DNA of 64,000 nucleotides, from assembly GCA_009914755.4 (NCBI GenBank), contig CP068257.2, forward strand, positions 10,048,001 to 10,112,000. The letters run 5' to 3'. Both the position numbers and the translations under genes were made by a program. This DNA comes from the human T2T-CHM13v2.0 reference genome, Homo sapiens. Shown piece after piece: positions 43,434-56,946 of this stretch (its first letter is position 1; every line of letters begins with the position of its first letter). The notes under the pieces are model-generated. The model made no database searches and was not told the origin of the DNA. It saw only the letters and a list, made by a program, of their open reading frames with translations.

Positions 43434-45043
43434 GATTGAGCAGTGTTGAAACACTTTTTATAGAATCAGCAAGTGGATATTTGTTGCACTTTGAGACCTA
43501 TGGTGGAAAAGGAAATATCTTCACAGAAAAACCACAAAGAAGAATTCTGAGAAACACCTTTGTGGTGTGTGGTTTCATCTCTCATATTTGAACCTTTCTC
43601 TTTATTGAGCAGTTTGGAAACAATCTTTTTGTAGTATCTGCAAATGAATTTTTGGAGCTGAGGCCTGTGGTGAAAAATGAAGTATCCTCACATAAAAACC
43701 AGACAGAAGGATTCCTAGAAAGTGCTTTGTGATGTGTGCATTAATCTCACAGATTTGAAACTTTATTTTGATTGAGGAATTTTGAAACACTCTTTGTGTA
43801 GAATCTGCAAGTGGATATTTGGAGCGCTTTGAGGCCTATGGTGGAATAGGAAATATCTTCACATTAAAACAGGACAGAAGCATTCTGAGAAACTTCTTTG
43901 TGTTGTGTGCATTCATTTCACAGAGTTGAACCATTCCTTTGATTGAGCAGTTTGCCAACTGTCATTTTGTAGAATCTACAGAGGGATATTTGTGAACCCA
44001 TTAATGCCTATGGGGTGATAGGAAAGATCTTCATATAAAAACTAGAGAGAAACTTTCTGAGAAACTTCTTTGTGATGTGTGCATTCATCTCACAGAGTTG
44101 AACTTTTCTTTTGATTGAGCAGTTTGGAAACAGTCTTTTTTGGAATCTGCAAACAGATATTTTTTTTTGCTTTGAGGCCTATGGTGGAAAAGGAAATATC
44201 TTCACATAAAAACTAGACAGAAGCATTCTGAGAAACTTCTTTGTGATGTGTGCACTCATCTCACAGACTTGAAGCTTTCTTTTGATTGAGCAGTTTTGAA
44301 AAACTCTTTTTGTAGAATCTGCAAGTCGATATTTGGAGCGTTTTGTGTCCTATATTGGAAAAGGTAATATCTTCACATAGAAACTTGACAGAAGCATTCT
44401 GAGAAACTTCTTTGTGATATGTGCATTCATCTCACAGGATTTAACTTTCTTTTGATTGAGCAGTTTGGAGCCCATCGTTTTGTAGGATCTGTGAAGGGGT
44501 ATTTTTGTTCCCATTGAGGCTTATGGGGTAATAGGAAATATCTTCACATAAAAACTAAACAGAAAAATTCTGAGAAAATTCTTTGTGATATGTGCTTTCA
44601 TCTCACAGAGTTGAAATTTTGTTTTGATTGGGCAGTTTGGAATCCGTCTTTTTGTAGAATCTGCAAGTGGATATTTGGAGGGCTTTGAGACCTATGGTGA
44701 AAAAGGAAATATCTTCACATTAAAAATATACAGAAGCATTCTGAGAAACTTCTTTGTCTTGTGTGCATTAATTTCGCAGAGTTGAACCTTTGTATTGATT
44801 GAGCAGTTTGGAAACGGTAGTTTTGTAGAATCTGTAGAGGGATATTTTTCAGCCTACTGAGGCCTCTGAGGAAATAGAGAATATCTTCAGATAAGAACCA
44901 GACAGAAGCATTCTGAGAAACTTCCTTCTGGTGTGTGCATTCATTTCACAGAGTTGAACCTTTCTTTTGATTGAGCAGTTTGGAAACAGTGTTTCTGTAG
45001 TAACTGCAAATGGATATTTGGAGTGCTTTGAGGCATACGTTTA
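43434..45043 (+). repeat. Alpha satellite layer C (continued)
   Basis: Same monomer type, 171-bp period. Confidence 0.8.
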
Positions 45044-45053
45044 AAAAGGAAAA

Positions 45054-45938
45054 AAAACAAACCAACAACCCCTTCAAAAAGTGGGCGAAGGACATGAACA
45101 TACACTTCTCAAAAGAATATGTTTATGCAGCCAAAAAACACATGAAAAAATGCCCACCATCACTGGCCATCAGAGAAATGCAAATCAAAACCACAAGGAG
45201 ATACCGTCACACACCAATTAGAATGGCAATCATTAAAAAGTCAGGAAACAACAGGTGCTGGAGAGGATGTGGAGAAATAGGAACACTTTTACTCAGCGGG
45301 TGGCACTGTAAACTAGTACAACCATTGTAGAAGTCCGTGTGGTGATTCCTCAGGGATCTAGAACTAGAAATACCATTTGACCCAGCCATCCCATTGCTGG
45401 GTATATAACCAAAGGACTATAAATCATGCTGCTATAAAGACACATGCACACATATGTTTATTGCGGCACTAGTCACAACAGCAAAGAGTTGGAACCAACC
45501 CAAATGTCCAACAATGATAGACTTGATTAAGAAAATATGGCACATATACACCATGGAATACTATGCAGCCATAAAAATGATGAGTTCATGTCCTTTGTAG
45601 GGACATGGATGAAATTGGAAATCATCATTCTCAGTAAAATATCGCAAGAACAAAAGACCAAACACTGCGTATTCTCACTCATAAGTGGGAATTGAACAAT
45701 GAGAACACATGGACACAGGAAGGGGAACGTCATACTCTGGGGACTGTTGTGGGGTGGGGTGAGGGGGCAGGGATAGCATTAGGAGATATACCTAATGCTA
45801 AATGACGAGTTAATCGGTGCAGCACACCAGCGTGGTACATGTATACATATGTAACTAACATGCACATTGTGCACATGTACCCTAAAACTTAAAGTATAAT
45901 AATAATAAAATAATAAATAAATAAATAAATAAATAAAA
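45054..45938 (+). mobile_element. 5'-truncated L1 3' end (~885 bp: ORF2 C-terminus + 3'UTR + A/TAAA-rich tail) with ~10-bp TSD
   Basis: ORF2 C-terminal coding sequence (...NNPFKKWAKDMNIHFSKEYVYAAKKHMKKC...AIREMQIKTTRRY) through 'taataataaaataataaataaataaataaataaataaaaa'. TSD AAAAAGGAAA at 45044-45053 and 45935-45944. Confidence 0.9.
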
Positions 45939-45944
45939 AGGAAA

Positions 45945-48900
45945 TATATTCACATAAAAACTTGACAGAAGCATTCTGAGGAACTTCTTTGTCATGTGTG
46001 CATTCATTTCACAGAGTTGAAACTTTCTTTTGATTGAGCAGTTTTGAAACACTCTTTTTTCAGAATCTGCAACTGGATATTTGGAGAACGTTGAGGCCTA
46101 TGGTGGAAAAGGAAATATCTTCACAAAAAATCAGACACAACCATTCAGAGAAACTTCTTTGTGATGTGTGCATTCAACTCCCTGTGTTGAAGTTTTCTTT
46201 TGATTGAGTAGTTTTAACAAACTCTTTTTGTAGTATCAGAAACTGGATATTTGTAGCGTTTTGAGGCCTATAGAGGAAAAGGAAATATCTTCACATAAAA
46301 CCCAGAAAGAAGCATTCTGAGAGAATTCTCTTCGATTTCAGCATTCATCTCACAGAGTTGAACTTTTCTTTTTTGAGAAGTATTTAATCACTCTTTTTGT
46401 AGAATCTGCAAGGGGATATATGGAGCACTTTGAGGCCTTTTGTGGAAAAGGTAATATCTTCACATAAAAATCAGACACAAGCATTCTGAGTAACTTCTTT
46501 GTGATGTGTGCATTCAACTACCTGTGTTGAAACTTTCTTTTGATTGAGCAGTTTTAACGCACTCTTTTTGTAGAATCTGCAAGTGGATATTTGGAGCACT
46601 TTGATGCCTATGATGGAAAAGGAAATATCTTCACATAAAAGCTAGACAGAAGCATTCTGAGAATGTTCTTTGTGATGTATGCATTCATCTCACTGAGCTG
46701 AATCTTTCTTTTTTGAGAAGTATTTAAACACTCTTTTTGTAGAATCTGCAAGTGGATACTTGGAGTGCTTTGAGGCCTTTGGTGGAAAAAGAAATATCTT
46801 CACATAAAAACTAGACAGAAGCATTCTGAGAAACCTCTTTGTGATGTGTACATTCATCTCACAGAGTTGAGCCTTTATTTTGATTTAGCAGTTTGGAAAC
46901 ACTCTTTTTGTAGGATCTGCAAGTGGATATTTGGAGTGATTTGAGGCCTATAGTGGAAAAGGAAATAACTTCATGTGAAAAGTAGACAGAAGCATTCTGA
47001 AAAACTTCTTAGTGATGTGTGCATTCATCTCACAAAGTTAAACCTATCTTATGATTGAGCAGTTTTGAAACACTCTTTTTGTGGAATCTTCAATTGGATA
47101 TTTGGAGTGCTTAGATGCCTGTGTTGGAAAAGGAAATATCTTCACGTAAAAACAAGCAAGGAGAATTCTGAGAAAGTTTTCTTTGTGATTTGTGCATTCA
47201 TCTCACAGAGCTGAAATTTTCTTTTGATTGAGCAGTTTGGACACAGTCTTTTTCTCGCCTGCAAAAGGATATTTAGGGTACTTTGAGGCCTATGGTGGAA
47301 AAGGACATGTCTTCCCATAAAAACTAGACAGCAGCATTTTGAGAAACTTCTTTGTGATGTGTGGATTCATCTCACAGAGTTGAACTTTTCTTTTGATTGA
47401 GCAGTTTTGAAACACTCTTTTTGTACAATCTGCAAGTGGATATTTGGAGCGCTTTGAGGTCATTGGTGGAAAAGGACATATCTTCCAATAAAAACTAGAC
47501 AGAAGTATTCTGAGAAACATTTTGTGATGTGTGCATTCATCTCACAGAGTTGAACCTTTCTTTTTATTGAGCAGTTTGGAAACTGTATTTTTGTAGAATC
47601 TGCAAGTGGATATTTGGAGCACTTTGAGGCCCATGGTGGAAAAGGACATATCTTCCCATAAAAACTAGACAGCAGCATTTTGAGAAACTTCTTTGTGATG
47701 TGTGGATTCATCTCACAGAGTTGAAGCTTTCTTTTGATTGAGTAGTATTGAAACACTCTTGTGGAATCTCCAATTAGATACTTGGAGCGCTTTGAGGCCT
47801 ATGGTGGAAAAGGAAATATCTTCACATGAAAACTACACAGAAGCATTCTGAGAAATTTGTTTGTGATGTGTTCATTCAACACACAGAGTTGAATCTTTCT
47901 TTTGATTGAGCAGTTTTGAAACACACTTTTTTAGGATCTACAAGTGGATATTTGGAGCGCTTTGTGGCCTATTGTGGAAAAGGATATATCTTCACATAAA
48001 AAGTATGGAGAAGCATTCTGAGAAACTTCTTTGTGATGTGTGCATTCATCTCACAGAGTTCAACCTTTCTTTTGATTGAGCAGTTTTGAAACGCTCTTTT
48101 TGTAGAGTGTGCAAGCGGATATTTGGAGCTCTTTGAGGCTTATGGTGGAAAAGGAAATATCTTCACATAAAAACTACAGAGAAGCATTCTGACAAAGTTC
48201 TTTGTGCTGTGTGTGTTCAACTCACAGAGTTGAACCTTTCTTTCGATTGAGCAGTTTTGAAATGCCCTTTTTTTAGAATCTGCAAGTGGATATTTTGAGT
48301 GCTTTGTGGCCTCTGTTGGAAAAGGAAATATCTTCACATAAAGTAGACAGAAGCATTCTGAGAAACTTCCTTGTGATGTGTGCATTCATCTCACAGAGAG
48401 GAAACTTTCTTTTGATTGTGAAGTTTTCAAACACTCTTTTTGTATAATCTGCAAGTGGATATTTGGAGGTCTTTGTGGCCTATAGGGGAAAAGGAAATAT
48501 CTTCACATAAAAACTACAGAGAAGCATTCTGACAAAGTTCTTTGTGCTGTGTGTGTTCAACTCACAGAGTTGAACCTTTCTTTTGATTGAGCAGTTTTGA
48601 AATGCCCTTTTTTTGGAATCTGCAAGTGGATATTTTGAGTGCTTTGTGGTCTCTGTTGGAAAAGGAAATATCTTCACATAAAGTAGACAGAAGCATTCTG
48701 AGAAACTTCCTTGTGATGTGTGCATTCATCTCACAGAGTTGAAACTTTCTTTTGATTGTGAAGTTTTCAAACACTCTTTTTGTAGGATCTGCAAGTGGAT
48801 ATTTGGAGGCCTTTGTGGCCTATAGGGGAAAAGGAAATATCTTCATATAAAAATTAGACAGAAGCATTCTGAGAAACATCTTTGTGATATATGCATTCAT

Positions 48901-51400
48901 CTCACAGCGTTGAAATTTTCTTTTTATTCACCACTTTTGAAACACTCTTTTTCTACAGTCGGCAAGTGGATATTTGTAGTGCTTTGAGGCATATGGTGGA
49001 AAATGAAATATTTTCACAATAAAATTAGACAGAAACATTCTGTGATACTTCTTTGTGATCTGTGCCTTCATATCACAGAGTTGAACCTTTCTATTGATAG
49101 AGCAGTTTTGAAACACTCTTTTTGTAAAATCTGCCAATGGATATTTGGAACACTTTGAGGCCTATAGTGGAAAAGGAAATATCTTCACATAAATAGTAGA
49201 CAAGCATTCTGAGAAACTTCTTTGTGATGTGTGCATTCAACTCACAGAATGGAACCCTTATTTTGATAGAGCAGTTTTGAAAGACTCCTTTTGTATAACC
49301 TGCAATTGGATATTTCGAGCGCTATGTGGCCTTAAGTGGAAAAGGCAATATCTTCGCATAAAAACTAGACAGAAGCATTGTGAGAAATTTCTTTGTGATG
49401 TGTGCATTCATCTCACAGAGTTAAAGCTTTCTTTTGATTGAGCAGTTTTGAAACACTCTTTTTGTAGAATCTGCAAGTGGATATTTGGAGCACTTTGCAG
49501 TCTATAGTGGAAAAGGAAATATCTTCACATAAATATTTGTCAGAATCATTCTGAGAAACTTCTTCATGTGTGCATTCATCTCACAGAGTTCAACCTTTCT
49601 TTTGATTGAGCAGTTTTGAAACACTCTTTTTGTAGTATCTGCAAGGGATACTTGGAGCAGTTTGAGGTCTATGGAGTAAAAGGAAATATCTTCACCTAAA
49701 AACTAGACAGAAGCATTCTGAGAAACTTCTTTGTGGTGTGTGCATTCATATCACTGTCTTGATCCATTCTTTTGACTGAGCAGTTTTGAAACACTCTTTG
49801 TGTAGAATCTGCAAGTGGATATTTGGAGTGCTTTGAGGCCTATTGTGGAAAAGGAAATGTCTTCACATAAAAACCAGACAGAAGCATACTGAGAAAATTA
49901 TTTATGATGTGTGCATTCATCTCACAGAGCTGCACCTTTCTTTTGATTGAGCAGTTTTGAAACACTCTTTTTATAGAGTGTGCAAGCTGATATTTGGAGC
50001 ACTTTGATGCTTATGGTGGAAAAGCAAATATCTTCACATAAAAACTCCAGAGAAGCATTCTGACAAAGTTCTTTGTGCTGTGTGCATTCAACTCACAGAG
50101 TTGAACCTTTCTTTTGATTGAGCAGTTTTGAAACACTCTTTTTGCAGAATCTGCAAGTGAATATTTTGAGCGCTTTGTGGCCTCTGTTGGAAAAGGTAAT
50201 GTCTTCACATAAACTAGACAGAAGCATTCTGAGAAACTTCTTCGTGATGTGTGCATTCATCTCACAGAGTTGAACCTTTCTTTTGATTGAGCAGTTTTGA
50301 AACACTCTTTTTGCAGAATCTGCAAGTGGATATGTGGAGCACTTTGAGGCCATGATACAAAAGGAAATATCTTCACATAAGAACTAGACAGAATCATTCT
50401 AAGATACTTCTTTGTGATGTGCACATTCAACTCACAGAGTTGAACATTTCTTTTGATTGAGCAGTTTTGAAACACTCTTTTTGTAGAATCAGCAGTTGGA
50501 TATTTAGAGCGCTTTGAGGCCTATGGTGGAAAAGGAAATATCTTCACATAAAAACTAGACAGAAGCATTCTGAGAAACTTTTTTGTGATGTGTGCATTCA
50601 ACTCACCGAGTTGAACAGTCTTTTTATTGAGCAGTTAGGATACATTCTTTTCGTACCATCTTCAAATTTGTATTTGGACAGCTTTGAGGCCTATAGTGGA
50701 AAAGGAAATATCTGCACATAAAAATTAGACAGAAGCATTCGGAGAAACTTCTTTGTGATGTGTGCACTCATCTCACAGAGTTAAACCATTCTTTTGATTG
50801 AGCAGTTTTGAAACACTCTTTTTGTATAATCTGTAAGTGGATATTTGGATCACTTTGAGGCATATGGTGGAAAAGAATATATCTTCCCATAAAAACTAGC
50901 CAGAAGCATTCTGAGAAACTTCTTTGTGATGTGTGTATTCAGCTCACAGAGTTGAACCTTTATTTTGATTGAGCAGTTCTGAAACACACTTTTTGTAGGA
51001 TCTGCAATTGGATATTTGGATCGCTTTGCAGCCTCTTGTGGAAAAGGAAATATCTTCACATAAAAACTACAGGGAATCATTTTGAGAAACTTCTTTGTGA
51101 TGTGTGCTTTCAGCTCGCAGAGTTGAACTTTTCTTTTGGTTGAGCAGTTTTGAAACACTCTTTTTGTAGAATCTGCAAGTGGATATTTAGAGCGCTTTGA
51201 CGCCTATGGTGGAAAAGGAAATATCTTCACATGAAAAGTAGACAGAAGCATTCTGAGAAACTTCTTTGTGTTGTGTGCATTCATCTCACAGAGTTGGACT
51301 TTCTTTTTGTTGAGCAGTTTGGAAACACTCTTTTTGTAGAGTCTGCCATTGGATATTTAGAGCGCTGTGAATCCTATGGTGGAAAAGGTCATATCTTCAC
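45945..51400 (+). repeat. Alpha satellite layer C (continued), with local near-identical 340-bp (2-monomer) duplications
   Basis: For example 47300-47470 matches 47640-47810, and 48140-48385 matches 48480-48725 (protein-level artefact ORFs nearly identical, offset 340 bp). Confidence 0.8.
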
Positions 51401-54400
51401 ATAAGAACTATAAAGCAGGTTTTCTAAAAACAACATTGTGATGTGTGCATTCATCTCACAGAGGTAAGTGTTTCTTTTCTCCTATCAGTCTGGAAAGTCT
51501 GTTCTTGTACAATCTCAAAGGGGGTAGTTTTGAGCACTTTGAGGCCTATTGTAACAAAGGAAATATCTTCACATTCAAAGTATAAAGAAAGTTTCTGAGA
51601 TACTTCTTTGTGATATGTGCATTCATCTCACAGATTTGCGCGTCTCTTTTAATTCAGCCGTTTGGAAACAGTCTTTTTGAAGAATCTGCAAACGGATATT
51701 TGTGAGCACTTTGAGGCCTATGCAGGAAAAGAAGTATCTTCACAGAAAACTATAAAGAAGGTTTCTGAGAAACTGTTTTTTGATGTCTGCATTCATCTTG
51801 CAGAGGTAAACAATTCTTTTCTTTGATCAGTTGGGTATCTCTGTTCTTGTAGGATCTGCTAAGGGATATTTTTGAGTGCCTAGACCCCTATGGTGAAAAA
51901 GATATTGTCTTCACATAAAAACTAGACAGAGGCCTACTGTGAAACTTCTTGGTGATGTGTGCATTCATCTCACAGAATTGAAACTTTCTTTTGATTAAGC
52001 AGTTTGGAAACGTCTTTTTGTGGAATCCGTAAAGGGAAATTTCTGATCACTTTGAGGCCTATGGTGAAAGAGAAAGTATCTTCACATAAAAACTAGACTA
52101 AAGATTTCTGAGAAACTGCTTTGTGATGTATGTATTCATCTCACAGAGTTCAACAATTCTTTTGATCGAGCAGTTGGGAAACCGTCTTTTTGTAGAATCT
52201 GCAAAGGGATATTTGTGAGCACTTAGAGGTCTATGGTTAAAAGGAAATATCTTCACATAAAAACTATAAAGAAGGTTTGTGAGAAACTTCTTTATGATGT
52301 GTGCATTCATCTCACAGAGTTGAACCACTCCTTTGACTCAGCGGTTTGGAAACAGTCTTTTTTAGCATCTGCAAAGGTATATTTTTGAGCACTTTGAGGC
52401 CCATGGTGAAAAAGGAAACACTTTCACATAAAAACAAGATAGAAGCTTTCTGAGAACCATCTTTTTGATATGTGCATTCATCCCACAGAGGTGAACCTTT
52501 CTTTTGATGAGCATTTTGGAAGCAGTATTTGGTAGAATTTCCAAAGGGTTATTAGTTAGTGTTTTGTGTCCTATGTTGGAAAAGGAATTATTTTTAAATA
52601 AAAACTAGACAGAATATTTCTGAGAAACTGCCTTGTGATGTGTGATTTCATCTCACAGAAGTAACCATTTCTTTTCATTGAACAGATTGGAAATTCTGTT
52701 CTTGTAAAATCTGCAAAGGGATATTTGTTAGCACTTTGAGGCCTATGGTAAAAAAGGAATTATCTTCACATAAAAACTAGACGGAGGCTTTCTGTGAAAC
52801 ATCTTGGAGATGCGAGAATTTGTCTCACAGAGTTGAAACATTCTTTTGGTTGGGCAGTTTGTAAACAGTATTTTGGTAGAATCTGCAAAGGAATATTTGT
52901 GATGCTTTGAAGCCTATGGTGAAAACGAAATATTTTCACATGAAAACTAGAGAGAAGCTTTCTGAGAAACCTCCTTGTGATGTGTGCATTCATCTCACAG
53001 ATTTGAAACTTTCTTTGGATTGAGCAATTTGGAAACAGTATTTTTGTAGAATCTGTAAAGGCATATTTTTGAGTCGTATGAGGCCTATGATGAAATAGGA
53101 AATATCTTCACATAAAAACTAGACAGAAGCTTTCCGAGAAACTTCTTTATGATGTGTGCATTCATCTCGTAGAGTTCAACCATTCTTTTGATTGAACAGT
53201 TTGGAAACACTCTTTTTGTAGAATCTGCAAAGGGATATTTATGAGTGCTTTGAGTCCTATGGTGAAAAAGGAAATGTATTCACATAAAAAGTATAAACAA
53301 GGTTTCTCAGAAACAGCTTTGTGATGTATGCATTCATCTCACAAAAGTAAACGTTTCTTTTCTCTGATCTGTCTGGAAACTGTTCTTGTAGATTCTGCAA
53401 AGGGATATTTGTGAGTATTTTGAGGCCTATGGTGAAAAAGGAAATATCTTCACATAAAAATTAGAGAGAGGTTTTCTGAGAAACCTCTTTGTGATGTGGG
53501 CATTCATCTCACAAAGTTGAAACTTACTTTTGATTGATCAGTATGGAAACCATCTTTTGTGGAATCTGCAAAGGGAAATTTATGAGAGCTTTGAGGCCAA
53601 TGTTGAAAAAGGAAATATATTTATATAAAAGGCATAAAGAAGGTTTCTTAGAAACAGCTTTGTGGTGTGTGCATTGATCTCAGAGAGGTAAACGTTTATT
53701 TTCTTTGATCAGTCTGGAAACTCTGTTCTTGTAGTATCTGCAAAGGGATATTTGTGAGTGCTTTGAGGCCTATGATGAAAAAGGAGATATCTTCACATAA
53801 AAACTAGACAGAAGCTTTCTTAGTGGCTTCTTTGTAATGTGTGCAATCATCTCACAGAATTGAACCATTCTTTTGATTCAGCAGTCTGGAAACAGTATTT
53901 TTGTAGAATCTGCAAGGGATATTTGTCACGACTTCGAGTGCTATGGTGAAAAAGGAAATATCTTCACATAAAAAATGGACAGAAGATTTCTGAGAAACCT
54001 CTTTGAGATGTGTGCATCCATCTCACAGAGTTCAACCATTTATTTGATTGAGCAGTTGGGAAGCAGTCTTTTTGCAGAATCTACAAAGGGATATTGCTGA
54101 GCAATTTGAGGCCTGTGTTGAAAAAGGAAATATCTTCACATAAAAACTATAAAGAAGGTTTCTGAGAAACTTCTTTGTAATGTATGCATTCATCTCATGG
54201 AGTTGAACTATTCTTTTGATTGAGCACTTTGGAAACAATCTTTTTGTAGAATCTGCAAAAGGATATTTTTGAGCCCTTTGAGTCCTAGGGAGAAAAAAGA
54301 AATATCATCACATAAAAAGTATAAAGAACGTTTCTGAGAAAAAGTTTTGTGATGTGTGCATTCATCTCACAGAGAAAAACGTTTATTTTGTTTGATCAGT

Positions 54401-56946
54401 CTGGAAATTCTGTTCTTGTAGAATCTGCTAAGGGATATTTTTGAGCAGATGGAGGCCTATGGTGAAAAAGGAAATGTCTTCATATAAAAATTAGACAGAA
54501 GCCTCCTGCGAAACTTCTTAGTGATGTGTGCATTCATCTCACAGAGTAGAAACTTTCTTTTCATTGAGCCATTTGGAAACAGTCTTTTTGTAGACTCTGC
54601 AAATGGATATTTGGAGCACTTTGAGGCCTATGGTGAAAAAGGAAATATATTCACATAAAAACCAGACTGAAAGTTTCTGAGAAACTTCTCTGAGATGTGT
54701 CCATTCATCTCACAAAGTTCAATAATTCTTTTTATTGAGCGGTTTGGAACAATCTTTTTGTAGAATCTGCAAAGAGATATTTGTGAGGGCTTGAGGCCTA
54801 TGGTGAAAAAGGAAATATCTTCACGGAAAAACTATAAAGAAGGTTTCTGAGAAACTTCTTTGTGATGTGTGCGTTCATCTCACACAGTTCAACCTTTCTT
54901 TTGATTGAGCAGTTTGGAAACAGTCTTTTTAAATATTCTTCCAGTGGATACTTGTGAGCACCTTGAGGCTCCTGGGGAAAAAGGAAACATTCACTTAAAA
55001 ACTTAATAGAAGCTTTCTGAGAAACTACTTTTTGACGTGTGCATTCATCTCACAGAGTTGAACCTTTCTTTTGATGAGCAGTGTGGAAACAATCTTTTTG
55101 TAGAATCTGCAAAAGGACAATTTTGAGTGCTTTGCATCCTGTGGTGGAAAAGGAGATACCTTCACATAAAAACTAGACAGAATGTTTCTCAGAAACTGCT
55201 TTGTGATATGTGCATTCATCTCCCAGATGTGTCTGTTTCTTTTCATTGAGAAGATTGGAAACTCTTTTCTTGTAAGACCTGCAAAGGGATATTTGTGAGC
55301 CCTTTGAGGTGTATGGTGAAAAAGGAAATATCTTCACATAAAAACTACACAGAAGCTTTCTGAGAAACATCCTCGTGATGTGAGCATTCACCTCACAGAG
55401 TTGAAACATTCTTTTGATTGAGCCATGTGTAGAGAGTCTTTTTGTAGAATCTGCAAAGGGATATTTGTGAATGCTTTGAGGCCTATGGTGAAAAAGGAAA
55501 TATCTTCACATAAAAACTAGAGAGAAGCTTTCTGAGAAACCTCTTTGTGGTGTGCATACAACTCACAGAGTTGAACCTTTCTTTTGATTGAGCAATTTGG
55601 AAGAAGTATTTTTGTAGAATCTGTAAAGGGATATTTGTGAGCACTTTGAGGCCTATGGTGAAAAACTAGACAGAGGCATTCTAAGAAACTTCTTCATGAT
55701 GTGTGCATTCATCACACAGAGTTGAACCTTTGTTTTGATTGAGCCGTTTGGAAACAGTCTTTTTGTAGACTCTGCAAACGGATATTTGGAGCACTTTGAG
55801 GCCTATCGTGAAAAAGGAAATATATTCACATAAAAACTAGACTGAAGGATTCTGAGAAACTTCTTTGAGCTGTGTGCATTCATCTGACAGTGTTCAATAA
55901 TTCTTTTTATTGAGCAGTTTGGAAACAGTCTTTTTGTAGAATCTGCAAAGGGATATTTGTGAGGGCTTTGAGGTCTGTGTTGAAAAAGGAAATATCTTCA
56001 GGGAAAAACCATAAAGAAAGTTTCTGAGAAACTTCTTTGGATGTGTGAATTCATCACACTGAGTTGAAACATTCTTTGGATTGAACAGTTTGCAAACAGT
56101 CTTTTTGTAGAATCTGCAGAGGGATATTTGTAGCGCTTTGAGGCCTATGGTGAATAAGGAAATATCTTCACATAAAAACTAGACAAAAGTTTTCTGAGAA
56201 ACTTTTTGTGATGTGTGCATTTATCTCATAGAGTTTAACATTTGTTTTGATTGAGCAGTCTGGAAACAGCTTTTTGTACAATCTGCAAAGGGATATTTAG
56301 GAGTAAGTTGAGGCCTATGGTGGAAAAGGAAATATCTAACATAAAAACTAGAAAGAAGCATTCTGAGAAGCTCCTTTAAGATATGTGTACTCATCTCACA
56401 GAGGTAAACATTTCTTTTCATTGAGCAGTTTGTAAACTCTGTTATTCTAGAGTCTGCAAAGGGGTATTTTTGAGAGCTTTGAGACCCATGTTGAAAAAGG
56501 AACTATCTTCACATAAAAACTAGTGAGAAGCTTGCTGAGAAACTACTTTCTGATGTGTGCATTCATCTAACAGAGTTGAAACTTTCTTTTGATTGAGCAG
56601 TTTGGAAACAGTCTTTTTGTAGATTCTGCAAAGGTATATTTGGGAGTGCATTGAGGCCTATGTTCAAAAAGGAAACATCTTCACATAAAACTGAGAAGGA
56701 GGTTTTCTGAGAAACTTCTTTGTGATGTGCACATTCGTCTCACAGGGTTGAACCATTCTGTTTATTGAGCAGTTTGGAAACAATCTTTTTGTAGAATCTG
56801 CAAAGGGATATCTGTGAGTGCATTGAGGCTTATGGTGAAAAAGGAAATATATTCACATTAAAAGTAGAAAGAAGTTTTCTGAGTAACTCATTTGTGACAT
56901 GTGCATTTATCACAGAGAAGTAAAAATTTCTTCCCATTGAGCAGTT
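51401..56946 (+). repeat. Alpha satellite layer D: distinct monomer type 'ggaaacagtctttttgtagaatctgcaaagggatatttgtgagcactttgaggcctatggtgaaaaagg', alternating 'ctataaagaaggtttctgag' and 'ctagacagaagctttctgag' monomers (dimeric)
   Basis: The switch from 'gcaagtggatatttggag' to 'gcaaagggatatttgtgag' and from 'ggtggaaaagg' to 'ggtgaaaaagg' begins ~51.4 kb. Confidence 0.8.
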
